This document shows positions 27,001 through 38,804 of a stretch of 64,000 nucleotides of DNA, piece after piece. Under the pieces are notes generated by a model. The model was not told the DNA's origin. It saw only the letters and a program-made list of their open reading frames with translations, and did not search any database. Location of the stretch: the NCBI GenBank assembly GCA_014905635.1, contig JABVCE010000012.1, positions 992,001-1,056,000 of the forward strand. The letters run 5' to 3'. Each line of letters starts with the position of its first letter. Within the stretch, counting starts at the first letter, position 1. The position numbers and the translations under genes were made by a program. This DNA is from Scenedesmus sp. PABB004 (taxonomy: Eukaryota).

Positions 27001-28938
27001 GACGGGCCACTGGTGCGCGCGGCACGCAGCGCACAGGGCGCGGCGGCCGCGTCCGGCGGGCCAGCGTTTGACGCGGCTGCCCCACGCGGCCGCTCGCAGG
27101 ACGGGCGACGACCGCGCGACGTGGCAGGGGCTGTTCGAAAGCATCGCGAGTACGCTCAACCCGAGTCTCTGGGGCATCCCAATGTGCGCTGCGCCGCCCG
27201 CGGGCTTGGCCAGCCCGCGCCCGCCCGCCGGGCGCTCACCCATGCTTGCCCGCGCGCCGCCGCCGCGCGCTCCAGGGTTGGGCCGGACGTGTGTGGCTTC
27301 ATCGACACCGCGCTGGCAAGCCCGGCGCAGATGGGCTTCGTCGGCATGACAGGCAGGGTCGAGGGCGTCGAGTCCGCGAGCGGCGCGCTGTCGGACAGCG
27401 AATACGAGGAGCTCTGCAACCGGTGCGCGCGCTGGAGAGACGTGGACCGGGCCGGGCGCTCTGGGCCGCCGCTGCCGGGCCACCGCGGCCCGCGCCCGCT
27501 GACCGGCCGCTGCGCCCGCGCGCGCACGCACGGGGGCCAGGTGGACGAGCGCCGGCGCTTTTTACCCATTCCTGCGCAACCACATGGGCTACTTTTCTCG
27601 CAACCACGAGCCCTACCGGTGCGCCGCTCAAGCGCAGCGCGCAGCTCAGCACGCGCGGCACACCGCCCGGGCGGCGGCTGAGCGCCGCGCCACGCCCCGC
27701 CCCGCGCCGCGCAGCTGGCCGGCTGTCGCGGCGGCGGCGCGCAAGGCGTACGGGCTGCGCTACCGCCTGCTGACTCACTTCTACGGCGAGCTCGCGCTCG
27801 TTGCGGCCAAGGGCGGCACGCTCGCGCGCCCGCTGTTCTTTGCAGACTCCAGCGACGCCGGCGCGCGGTGCGGCGCATGGCCACGCAGCGCCTCCACGTG
27901 CCGCGGTGCAGGCGCACGGCCGCCCAGTGCTTGGGCGCAGGCTCAAGCGACGAGCGGCGGCCGCTGTTGCCGCGCCGCCTGGTCGCAGGAACGCCACGAA
28001 GCAGTGGATGATGGGCGAGGTGGTGCTGGTCAGCCCCGTGATCACGCCCAACACCACCATCGTCAGCGCCCACTTCACCGCCGGCGCATGGTGCGGCCCG
28101 CGCGCGCCGGCCCGCACGCGCGTGCACACCTGCACCGCGCCCACCCCCGCCGCCCCGTGCGCCGACCCGCGCGCCGCCAGGTACTCGGCGTGGGACTACT
28201 CGCGCCTCTCGGTGCCGGCGGGCCGCGTCGTGCAGCTCGCCGCGCCGCTGGGCGAGGTCCCCGTGCACTTCCGTGGCGGCGCGGTGCTGGCGACGCAGCC
28301 CGCGCGCGCGCTCGTCACGCGCGACGTGCGCTTCACCCCCGTCACGCTCGTCGTGACGCTGCCGGCCGTGCCGAGCGGTCCGCGCGGCGCGGCGGCCGGG
28401 CGCGGGGCGGCGCCGCGCCGCCGGGCGCTCGCGCCGTACGAGCTCGAGCCCGAGTGCGCCGCCGCGCACGCGGCCAACCCGGGGCGCCTGGTGTCCTGCG
28501 GTTTGCTGTACCAGGACGACGACGCGCTGGCGGTCACGCCCGACAACAGCCTGCTGGTGCGCCGCAGCCCTCGCGCTCGCGCTCGCGCGCCGCCGCTGGA
28601 ATCGGCGCGGCACGGCCTCCCTCACGCGCGTCTGGCCGTGCTGCCGCGCTGTCGCGCCCCGCGCGCAGGTGTGGATCACCGCCGCGGCGGCGCCCGACGC
28701 GACGCGCGGCAGCGTGAACAGCACGGTCAAGGCCGCCGGCGGCGAGGCGGCGCGCAAGCTGCGCGTGCAGGCGGTGCACGTGCTCGGCGTGGCGGCGCCC
28801 GCGGCCGGCGCGGCGCCGACCGCGCGCGTCGGCGGGCGCGAGGTGCCGGCCGAGTACGACGCCGCGGCCGGCGCGCTGCGCATCAGCGGCCTCGACGCGC
28901 GCGCCGGCGAGCCGCTCGCGCTGGAGTGGCGGCTGTGA
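24015..28938 (+). CDS. GH31 alpha-glucosidase-like, copy C, multi-exon
   Basis: Tandem paralog of copy B with the same exon structure. Carries GLWIDMSE and the variant HW|TGDD. Confidence 0.92.
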
Positions 28939-29741
28939 ACTGTTGATCGCCGCAGGGGGTTGGGCATTCGTCGCTGTCATCTCTTGAAGACAAAGACAAA
29001 GATAGTTACACCACAGGCTCGCGCCCATTGGTCCCGCGCCTTCACTTGTGTTGTTTTGCCGCGCAGGACTGACATTTAACCATGGCCTCACGCCAGCGCG
29101 CTCGCCCGGCGCAGGTCGTGCCGTGTTCCGCGCCGCGTGCCGCGCCGGCCTGCACAGCCAGCTGGCTGCAGCCGAGCACGCGGCCTGCACAGCCAGCAGC
29201 TGGCTGCAGCGCAGCCAAGCACGCGGCCCGGCAGCGACGCGTGCGGCAGCGCCGTGGGTGCGGTGTCGGCGACGGCACCGGCGGCGGTGGCGGTGGCGGT
29301 CCGGGCACCCCTCGCAGGGCCCACCTCGCCGCCAGCGAGTGCCGGCCGCGCGCAAGCGCCGCGCACGCCGCCGCGCGGCATCGTGTGTCACTCGCCGAGA
29401 GGCACTCACTGCTGCGCGCCTGTGTTGGAGCAGCCGCGCAGAGCGGCGGGCGGTCATTCCGGCTCAATCAAGCGTGACCGGGGACGCCGGAGCGAGGTTG
29501 GTCGGCGAATCATCGGCGAACTGAAGTGTGAGCGCGCGGACACCCGACGCCGTACCCTCCCAGACGTTTGCAAACGCGAATTCCATGCTTGTGTGCACGT
29601 GATCGGTCTTTTGAGCCCGCGCGAGCGCTAACGCAAGCTTAGGGTTTCCTCGCGTTCGGCAGCAGAGATCGCACGCAGCCACGGGGGCCGCACGACCGAT
29701 CACAACACTCGCATATGACTTGTGGGCCTCCAGCAGCTGCC

Positions 29742-32700
29742 ATGGCGCGGCTGCGCGCCGCGCTGGCGCTGGCGGTGGCGCTCGCGTTCGCATCTGCTGC
29801 CGGCGAGGCGCGGGAGCCTGCGGGTGCGCCGCCGGCGCGCGGCCGCCGCAACCGCTGGCGGCGGGACGGCCCCACGAGAGCGGCCGGCCGCGCCGCCGCC
29901 CGACCCCTCGCGCAGGTGCAGGTGGCAGCAGCAGCGGCAGCGGCGCTCCGGCCGCCGACTGGCGCACATACCGCGTGCAGCGCACCGCACCGCGGCGCGG
30001 GGTCAGCGGCGCCTCCGCGCTCGGCGCGGTCTCGCAGCTGCGCCTCGCGACGGAGCAGCTGCCGGCGTACGGGCCGTCGTTCAAGGACCTCACCGTGGAG
30101 GTCATGCCGGAGAGCGCGGCGCGGCTGCACGTGAAGATCGCGCCCACGGGGCAGCGGCGCTGGGAAGTGCCCGAGAGCATCATCAAGCGGTGCGCGCGAC
30201 GGGACGGGGCGCGGCGGCGGCCGCGCATCGCCGACCCAGACCGCCGCCTCGCCGCGCGCCGCGCCGCGCCGCACCACCCGCCAACCGCCCTGCCGCCGCC
30301 GCGCAGGCCGGGCGTGCAGGCGGGGCTGGCCGGCGCCGACCTGGCGTACAACGTTGCGCTGTCGCAGCCGGCCCGCCGCGGCCAGGGCCAGGGCGGCGGC
30401 GAGCCCTTTGCGCTGACCGTCACGCGCCGTGGGAGCGGCGCGCCGATCTTTGACACGCGCGGCCACCGGTGTGTGGCGCCGCCGCCGCCTCTCTCCAGCG
30501 CGCACGGCTCACGTGCCGCCACTCGCCGCACCGCAGCTTTGTGTTCAAGGACCAGTTCATCGAGCTCACCACGGCGTTGCCGGCCGACACTCACATCTAC
30601 GGCCTCGGCGAGGTCACGCTCCCGGGCGGGCTGCTGCTGCCGCGCGATGGCACCGTGATCACGCTGTGGAACCGCGACCTTTCTACCGCCGAGCCACACG
30701 CCAACCTCTACTCTAGCCACGCCTTTTACCTTGCCGTCGCCGCCGACGGCAGCGCGCACGGCGTGTACTTCCTCAACTCCAACGGCATGGACGTGCTGCT
30801 CAACGCGACCAGCCTCACCTACAGGCGCGCGAGCTGCAAGCGGGGCCCGGATACCCTTGGCGCGGCGCGGCGGGCTGCTGGCCCGCGCCGCCCGCCGCCG
30901 CGGCCCCCTCACCTGCGCTCCCGCCCCTCCCCTGCGCTGCGCTCGCAACAACCAGGGTGATCGGGGGCCTGGTGGACCTCTACTTCTTCACGGGACCCTC
31001 GCCCGAGGAGGTCATCCGGCAGTACCACGAGGCGCGCGCCGCGGCCGCGGTGGCAGCCTCGGACGGGCGCGCGCGCGCGCAGCCCGCAGTGCAGCCGACC
31101 CGCCCCGCCCCGCTGCGCTCGTGGCCGTGCCCAGGTGATTGGCTTCCCGGGGCTGCCGCCGTTCTGGGCGCTCGGCGCACACCAGGCGAAGTGGGGCTAC
31201 TCCACCGTCGGCGTGGTCGAGGCTGTCGTGGCCAACTACAGCGCCGCGGGCATTCCCCTCGAGTGCGTGTGGGTGGACATCGACTACATGCATAGGTTAG
31301 CGCCTAGGCCTTGCCAGCAGCATGCTTGTGCCTCGTCATGCCTGCTGCACGAGCTCGGCTGGGCAGCAGCAGCAGGCACAAGGCTCCGCGCGCCCGCGCC
31401 GCGGGGGATTGCACCGCGACCCGCACGCCACTAACCACCGCCCCACCGCGCCCCGCTGCGCCGCGCCGCGCCGCCAGCCGCTTCCAGACGCTGACGCTCG
31501 ACCCCGTGCGCTTCCCGCGCGACCGCATGGCCGCGTTCGCGGGCCGCCTGCACGCCGCGGGGCAGAAGTGGGTGCCCATCCATGACGCCGGCATTGCTGT
31601 GGCGCGTGGCTACGCCGCGTACGAGAGTGGCAGCGCCGCAGGCGTCTATATCAAAGACCACACCGGGCGGCGGGACTACCTCGGCCAGGCGCGGCGCCAC
31701 CGCCGCCGCCCGCGCCTCGTGCCCCGCCGCTGGCCGGCCGCCGCCCGTTGCCGCCGCTGGCCGTGCAGCCCTGAGCCCTGCACCCCGCTCCCTCCCACAT
31801 ACCCGCCTACGCACGCACCCATGCACACCCAGGTGTGGCCGGGGCCCGCCGTGTTCCCAGACTATCTCTCCCACCCCAACGTCACCGCCTGGGTGACGCG
31901 CGTACTTGCAGACTTCCAGGCCCAGGTGCGGAGGCGCCAGCTGGCCGGGGCCTCGGACAGCACCGAGCCCCGCGCCCCGCGCCCCGCGTGAGGCCGCATG
32001 CTGACGCCGCCGCGCGGCGGCGCGGGGCGCAGGTGCCGTTTGACGGCCTGTGGATTGACATGTCCGAGGCCTCCAACTTTTGCAGTGGCATGACCTGCGC
32101 GCCTGACAGGGGCAACGAGGCTGCCATGAAGTGTGAGCGACGCCGCGAGCGCGCCGGCAGCGCGCGCCCGCCCGCCCCCACTCAGCTGCCTGTCGGCTGG
32201 CCGCCGACGCCTCGCCCCCGCCGCGGCCGCCCGCGCGCAGGGCTGGAGCTGCCGACGCCTGCTGACTACAATATCTCTGCCCTCATCCAGCCGCGCACGA
32301 CGTGCCAGCTCAGGTGCAAGCCCTCGCCGCCAAACGACACGCTCGGCCACCCGCCGTACGCGATCCATAACTTTGACGCTTCGACCAACAAGCGCGATGC
32401 ACCCATTACCCGCAACGTCATCCATCCGACCGCCAGTGAGCGGCGCGCCGACAGGCGCTGGAGCAGCGCCGGCGCCGGCGCCGGCGTGCGCAGGCGGCCG
32501 ACGTGCTGCCTGCCCCCACGCGCGACACAGAACATGCCGACGGCACGCTCGAGTACAACGCGCATAACCTCTATGGCATCGCCATGGCCAAGGTGCACTT
32601 TGAGGCGTTCGCCAAGGTCACCGGCAAGCGGCCATTCCTGCTCGCGCGGTGCGGCGCCCGCCGCACGGCTGCGCTGCTCCCGTGAGGCCGGCCGGCGGCC

Positions 32701-34731
32701 GCGCCTGACTTGCGCGGGCCACGTCCGCGGCGCGTAGGTCCACCTTCCCGGGCGCCGGCAAGTGGACGGGCCACTGGTGCGCGGCGCGCCGGGCGCAGGG
32801 CGCGGCGCACGGGGCACGGCGGGCCGGCGCTGACGCGGCCGTTCCGCGCGCCTGCTTACAGGACGGGCGACAACCGCGCGTCCTGGCTGGGGCTGCTCCA
32901 AAGCATTGCGAGCACGCTCAATCCAAGTCTCTGGGGCATCCCAATGTGCGCTGCGCCGCCCGCGGGCCTGGCCAGCCCGCGCCCGCCTGCCGGGCGCTCA
33001 CCCATGCGCCCGCGCGCCGCGCGCCGCCGCCGCGCGCTCCAGGGTTGGGCCGGACGTTTGTGGCTTCATCGACACCGCAAAGGCCAGCCCGGAGCAGATG
33101 GGCTTCGTCGGCTTGCCCGGCGGCGCCGGGGGCGTCGAGTCCGCGAGCGGCGCGCTGTCGGACAGCGAATACGAGGAGCTCTGCAACCGGTGCGCGCGCT
33201 GGAGAGACGTGGGCCGGGCCGGGCGCGCTGGGCCGCCGCCGCCGGGCCACCGCGGCCCGCGCCCGCTGATCGGCCGCCGCGCCCGCGCGCGGGCCATATG
33301 CGTGTGCCAGGTGGACGAGCGCCGGCGCCTTTTACCCATTCCTGCGGAACCACATGCACTTCTTTGCGCGCGACCACGAGCCCTACCGGTGCGCCGCTCA
33401 AGCGCAGTGCGCAGCTCAGCACGCGCGGCACACCGCCCGGGCGGCGGCTGAGCGCCGCGCCACGCCCCGCCCCGCGCCGCCCGCCCCGCCCCGCGCCGCG
33501 CAGCTGGCCGGCTGTCGCGGCGGCGGCGCGCAAGGCGTACGGGCTGCGCTACCGCCTGCTGACTCACTTCTACGGCGAGCTCGCGCTCGTTGCGGCCAAG
33601 GGCGGCACGCTCGCGCGCCCGCTGTTCTTTGCAGACTCCAGCGACGCCGGCGCGCGGTGCGGCGCGCGGCAGCGCTGGCCCGCTCGCGCGTGCCGCGGTG
33701 CAGGCGCACGGCCGCCCAGCACGCGGGCGCGGGCTCAAGCGACAAGCGGCGGCCGCCGTTGCCGCGCCGCCTGGTCGCAGGAACGCCACGAAGCAGTGGA
33801 TGATGGGCGAGGCGGTGCTGGTCAGTCCCGTGATCACGCCCAACACCACCACCGTCAGCGCCCACTTCACCGCCGGCGCATGGTGCGGCTCGCGCGCGCC
33901 GGCCCGCACGCGTGTGCGCACCTGCACCGCGCCCACCCCCCGCTGACCCGCGCGCCGACCCGCACGCCGCCAGGTACTCGGCGTGGGACTACTCGCGCCT
34001 CTCGGTGCCGGCGGGCCGCGTCGTGCAGCTCGCTGCGCCGCTGGGCGAGGTCCCCGTGCACTTCCGTGGCGGCGCGGTGCTGGCGACGCAGCCCGCGCGC
34101 GCGCTCGTCACGCGCGACGTGCGCTTCACCCCCGTCACACTCGTCGTGACGCTGCCGGCCGTGCCGAGCGGTCCGCGCGGCGCGGCGGCCGGGCGCGGGG
34201 CGGCGCCGCGCCGCCGGGCGCTCGCGCCGTACGAGCTCGAGCCCGAGTGCGCCGCCGCGCACGCGGCCAACCCGGGGCGCCTGGTGTCCTGCGGTTTGCT
34301 GTACCAGGACGACGACGCGCTGGCGGTCACGCCCGACAACAGCCTGCTGGTGCGCCGCAGCCCTCGCGCTCGCGCTCGCGCGCCGCCGCTGGAATCGGCG
34401 CGGCACGGCCTCCCTCACGCGCGTCTGGCCGTGCTGCCGCGCTGTCGCGCCCCGCGCGCAGGTGTGGATCACCGCCGCGGCGGCGCCCGACGCGACGCGC
34501 GGCAGCGTGAACAGCACGGTCAAGGCCGCCGGCGGCGAGGCGGCGCGCAAGCTGCGCGTGCAGGCGGTGCACGTGCTCGGCGTGGCGGCGCCCGCGGCCG
34601 GCGCGGCGCCGACCGCGCGCGTCGGCGGGCGCGAGGTGCCGGCCGAGTACAACGCTGCGGCCGGCGCGCTGCGCATCAGCGGCCTCGACGCGCGCGCCGG
34701 CGAGCCGCTCGCGCTGGAGTGGCGGCTGTGA
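29742..34731 (+). CDS. GH31 alpha-glucosidase-like, copy D, multi-exon
   Basis: Tandem paralog of copies B and C. Carries [21 protein letters not shown] and HW|TGDN. Confidence 0.92.
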
Positions 34732-35379
34732 ACTGCTGATCGCCGCAGGGGGTTCGTCGCTGTCATCACTTGTGTTGTTTTGCTGCGCAGGAGGGAGTCG
34801 ACTGACATTTAACCATGGCCTCACGCCGGGGCGCTCGCCCGGGGCCGGTCGTGCCGCGTTCCGCGCGCCGCGTGCCGCGGCGGCCTGGACAGCCAGCTGG
34901 CTGCAGCCGAGCACGCGGCCCGGCAGCGACGGCCTGCGTGGGGCAGCGCAGTGGGTGCGGTGTCGGCGACGGCACCGGCGGCGGTGGCGGTCCGGGCACC
35001 CCTCGCAGGGCCCACCAGCTGCAGCGTGTCACGGCCACGCGCCAGGGCGCAAGCGCCGCGCACGCCGCCGCGCGCCGCAACCGCCGAGCCCGCGCCGCGC
35101 CATCGTCAGTCACGGACACACGCGCACTCGCCGAGAGGCACGCCGCCTGCGATCACACCACACGAGCGCCCGCCGCTGCAGCGCACGCCCTCGCGCCGCG
35201 CCGCGGGACCGTCAATTCGAGGTCGTGAGGTCCACGAGCCGCACCGACGCGTCCCGTCTGGGGGGCGGCCTGTCGCGGCCCCGCGCCGCGCCGGGAGGAG
35301 CGTGAGAGCAGCAGCAGATGCCCGCCCCCTGCCGCTAGCGGGCTCGCCAGGCCGCTAGGGGGCTCGCCAGGCCGCCGTG

Positions 35380-38300
35380 ATGGGTCTCCAGTCACATCCC
35401 AGTGCGGAGCTGCCGCTGCTCGGCGCGTATGAGGTGCGCGAGCCGCTCGCGTTGCTGCCGCCGCTGCTGCTCGGCCGGCCGCCTGCGCCCGCGCGTGCTG
35501 CGCGCACACACGAGCAGCGGCACGTGGAGCTGTGGCAGAGCGCCGTGACACGCCCGCCGGCGCGGCGGGCTCCCGGCGGCCGCCGACGCTGCCGCGGCGC
35601 TTGCGCGCGCGCCGCGGCGCGGCCAGGTCTCGTTCTCCGTCAACCGCTTCGTCAAGTTCATCGGCCCCGGGCTGCTCATGTCCATCGCCTACGTGGTGCG
35701 GTGCACACGCACGCGCACGCGCGCGCGCGCGTACGCGGCGGCGGCCGCGCCAGCGGCGCTCGCCCGTCACGCCAGCGCCGCCTCGGCGCGCTGACTGTGG
35801 CGCGGCCGCGCCTCGCGCCGCGACCCCATAGGACCCGGGCAACCTCGAGAGCGACCTGCAGGTCGGCGCAAACGCGGGATACGCCCTGCTGTGGGTGCTG
35901 CTCTACTCGACCGTGCTGGTGCGCGCGCCGCGGCGGCGTACGCAGAGGGCGCGCGCGCTGCGCCGCGTGGCGCCAGCGGCGGCAAGCAGCGACGGCGTGC
36001 CCGCGGCGACGCGCCCCCCCCCCCTGCGCGCCCCTGCGCGCCAACCGCCGGCGCGCGCCGCCGCCCGGCAGGGGTACATCATCCAGATGCAGGCGGCCAA
36101 GCTCGGCGTCGTCACGCGCAAGCACCTCGCGGAGCACTGCAGGGAGCAGTTTTCCCCGGCGCTGCGCTACTTCCTGTGGGTCATGGCCGAGGTGGCCATC
36201 ATCGGCAGCGACATACAAGAGGTGGGCCCAGGGCTCAGCCCAACGCCGCCGCGGCGGCAGCGCGCGGCCGCGGCGACGGCCGCGGCGGCGGCCGCGGCGG
36301 TCGCGGCGGCGGCGGACGCAGCGGACGCGACGGGGCGGGGCGAACCGCCGCCCCCGGGCGCGCAGGTGATCGGCTCCGCCATCGCGCTGCTGCTGCTGAG
36401 CCGCGGCGCGATCCCGCTCTGGGCGGGCGTGCTGCTGAGCGTGGCGGGGTCGTTCTCGCTGCTGCTCGTCGAGCGCTGCGGCGTCGCGCCGCTCGAGGCG
36501 CTCTTTGGCGGCCTCATCAGCGTCATGGTCGGCGCGTTTGCGGTGCGCCGCGCCGCGCCGCGCCGCCGGGTGGCCTCGGCCGCGCCGCGCCGCGCCGCCG
36601 GGTGGCCCGCCGCCGCCGGCGCGCAGCCGAGGCGCGCCGCCGCCGGCGCGCAGCCGAGGCGCGCTGCCGCCGAGCGCCGCCGCCACGCGCGCGCGCGCCG
36701 CCGCCGCCGCCGCAGGTCATGTTTTACCGCGCGCGCGTGCCGCTGTCCGCCGTCGCGCGCGGCTTTGCGGTGCCGTCGCTGCCGCGGCCCGCGGTCGGGC
36801 AGGCGGTCGCGCTGGTGGGGTCGCTCATTATGCCACACAACGTCTTCCTCCACAGCGCGCTCGTGTGCACGCGGCCGCTGTGCTCAAACGGCGACGGCCA
36901 CAAGCGCGAGGCGCTTGTGTACTACGGAATCGAGTCGGCGCTCTCCCTGCTGGTGCGCCGCGCCGCGTCCAGATCAAGGCGCGCGCGGCGCGGCCTGGCG
37001 CGGCGGCGGGCCCGGCTGACGCGCGCGCGCCGCGCGCGCGCCCCGCCGCCCCGCTGCGCTGCGACCAGCTGTCGGTTTTCATCAACACCGCAATAACAGG
37101 CGTGTTCGCGGCCGGGTTCTACGGCCAGGCGCTGCAGGCGCGGCGCGCCCCGCGCGCGCGTGGCGCCGCGCGCGGCACTCCGCGTGGCGCCCCGCGCGGC
37201 GCCCCCGCGCGGCGCCCCACGCGCCCTGCCACGGCCGCCGGCCGGCCAGCGCAAGACGCCCCGCCCCTCGCTGCGCCCCTTCTGCCCCGCCCCTCGCCCC
37301 GCAGGACATCGGCCTCGAGAACGCCGGCATGTACCTCGGCCGGGTGAGCGCTGCCGCCGCGCGCGTGGGCCCCGCACCGCACCGCCGCGCCGCTGCGCCG
37401 CGCCGCCGCGCCGCGCCGCCGCCGGCCCGCCCACGCCGCGCCCGCCGCGCCGCCCGGCGCCGCGCGCCCACGCCGGCCAGACGTACGGCCAGGCCATGGT
37501 CTACATCTGGGCGCTGGGCCTGCTCGCGGCGGGGCAGGCGAGCACGATGACGGGCGCCTACACCGGCCAGTTTGTGATGACCGCGTTCCTTGACATCAAG
37601 GCACGGGAGCGGCGCAGGGAGGGCGCCGGGCGGGCGCCGCGCCCGCAGCAGCGCCTCGCAGCAGCGCCCTGCAGCGCGGGGCGTCGGCCGCCGCGCGGCG
37701 GCGCGTGCGGCGCGCACGCCCGCCGACGCGCCGCGCCGCGCGTGGGCCGGCCGCAGGTGAGCTCCTGGCTGCGCGTGCTCATCACGCGCAGCGTCGCGCT
37801 CGTGCCCGCGCTCGCGGTCGCGCTGCTCGTGCGCGGCGGCGCGGCCGGCTCGACCGCGCTCGACACGCTCAACCAGGTGCGCGGCGCGCCCGCGCCCCCG
37901 CCGCGCGCCGCGCGCCGCCGCGCGCCGCCCGCCGCGCCGCGCGCCGCCGCGCGCCGCCCGCGACGCCGCGCGCGACGCGCGCCCGCCGCACGCGCGCCCG
38001 CAGTGGCTCAACCTGCTGCAGAGCGTGCAGCTGCCGTTTGCGCTCATCCCGGTCCTCGCCTTCAACGCGAGCGAGGCGCTCATGGGGCCGTTTGCCAACG
38101 GCCGCCGCACGGTCGCGCTGACGGTCGGCATCGCGCTCGGCGTGATGCTCATCAACGTCTCGGGCGTGCTCGCGTTTGCGCAGGCCGCGCTCACGGGCGC
38201 GGGCGCCGCCGCGTGGGCGGGCGTCGCGGGCGGCATGGCGCTGTACCTCTGCGTCGTGCTCTGCCTCTTTGCGCACGCGACGTCCGCGGCGGGGCTGCTG

Positions 38301-38543
38301 CCGCAGCGCCTCGGCGGCGGCGCCGCCGCTGGCGCCGGCGGCGGCCGCTTCGTGCGCGTGCCGACGTGCCCCGAGTCGGCGCTGCCCGGCGCCGGCGGCG
38401 GCGGCGAGGACGCAGACGCGGACGCGGCGCTGGAGGAGGGCGGCGCGCAGCGGCAGCAGCAGCAGCAGCAGCAGCAGCGGCAGCGGGCGGGCGGCGACGG
38501 CGAGCTGTCGGCGCCGCTGCTGAACGGCGGCGGCAGCGAATGA
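35380..38543 (+). CDS. NRAMP: NRAMP divalent metal (Mn/Fe) transporter, multi-exon
   Basis: Exons encode [84 protein letters not shown] and [14 protein letters not shown]. Confidence 0.96.
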
Positions 38544-38804
38544 GGGCAGAGCGATCGCGAGTTGGCGGTGGGTGGCGTTGAACGAGCGGTCAATGGGTCG
38601 TCAAAGCGCGCGCCCCGATCGCGCCGGTGGGCCGTCAGCGCCGGGGCCGAACTCTGCCGGCCCGCGGGAGCGCCGGGCGGTCGGCCGTGGCCCGAGCGGT
38701 TCCGGCTGCTGCGCGTGAGGTGCGTCAGCTGCCCGCCCGCGCCGCCGCAGCCGCAAGCGCCGTCCCCCTGCCCGCCGCCCCCACACTGCTGCCGCGACTG
38801 CACC

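Larger units (their letters stand above)
18170..35140 (+). repeat. Tandem triplication of an approximately 5.7-kb GH31 unit including introns and 3' flanks
   Basis: Exons and introns recur with offsets of about 5770 and 5730 nt. The 3' flanks are also homologous (about 23345-23620, 29083-29410, 34816-35150). Confidence 0.95.
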
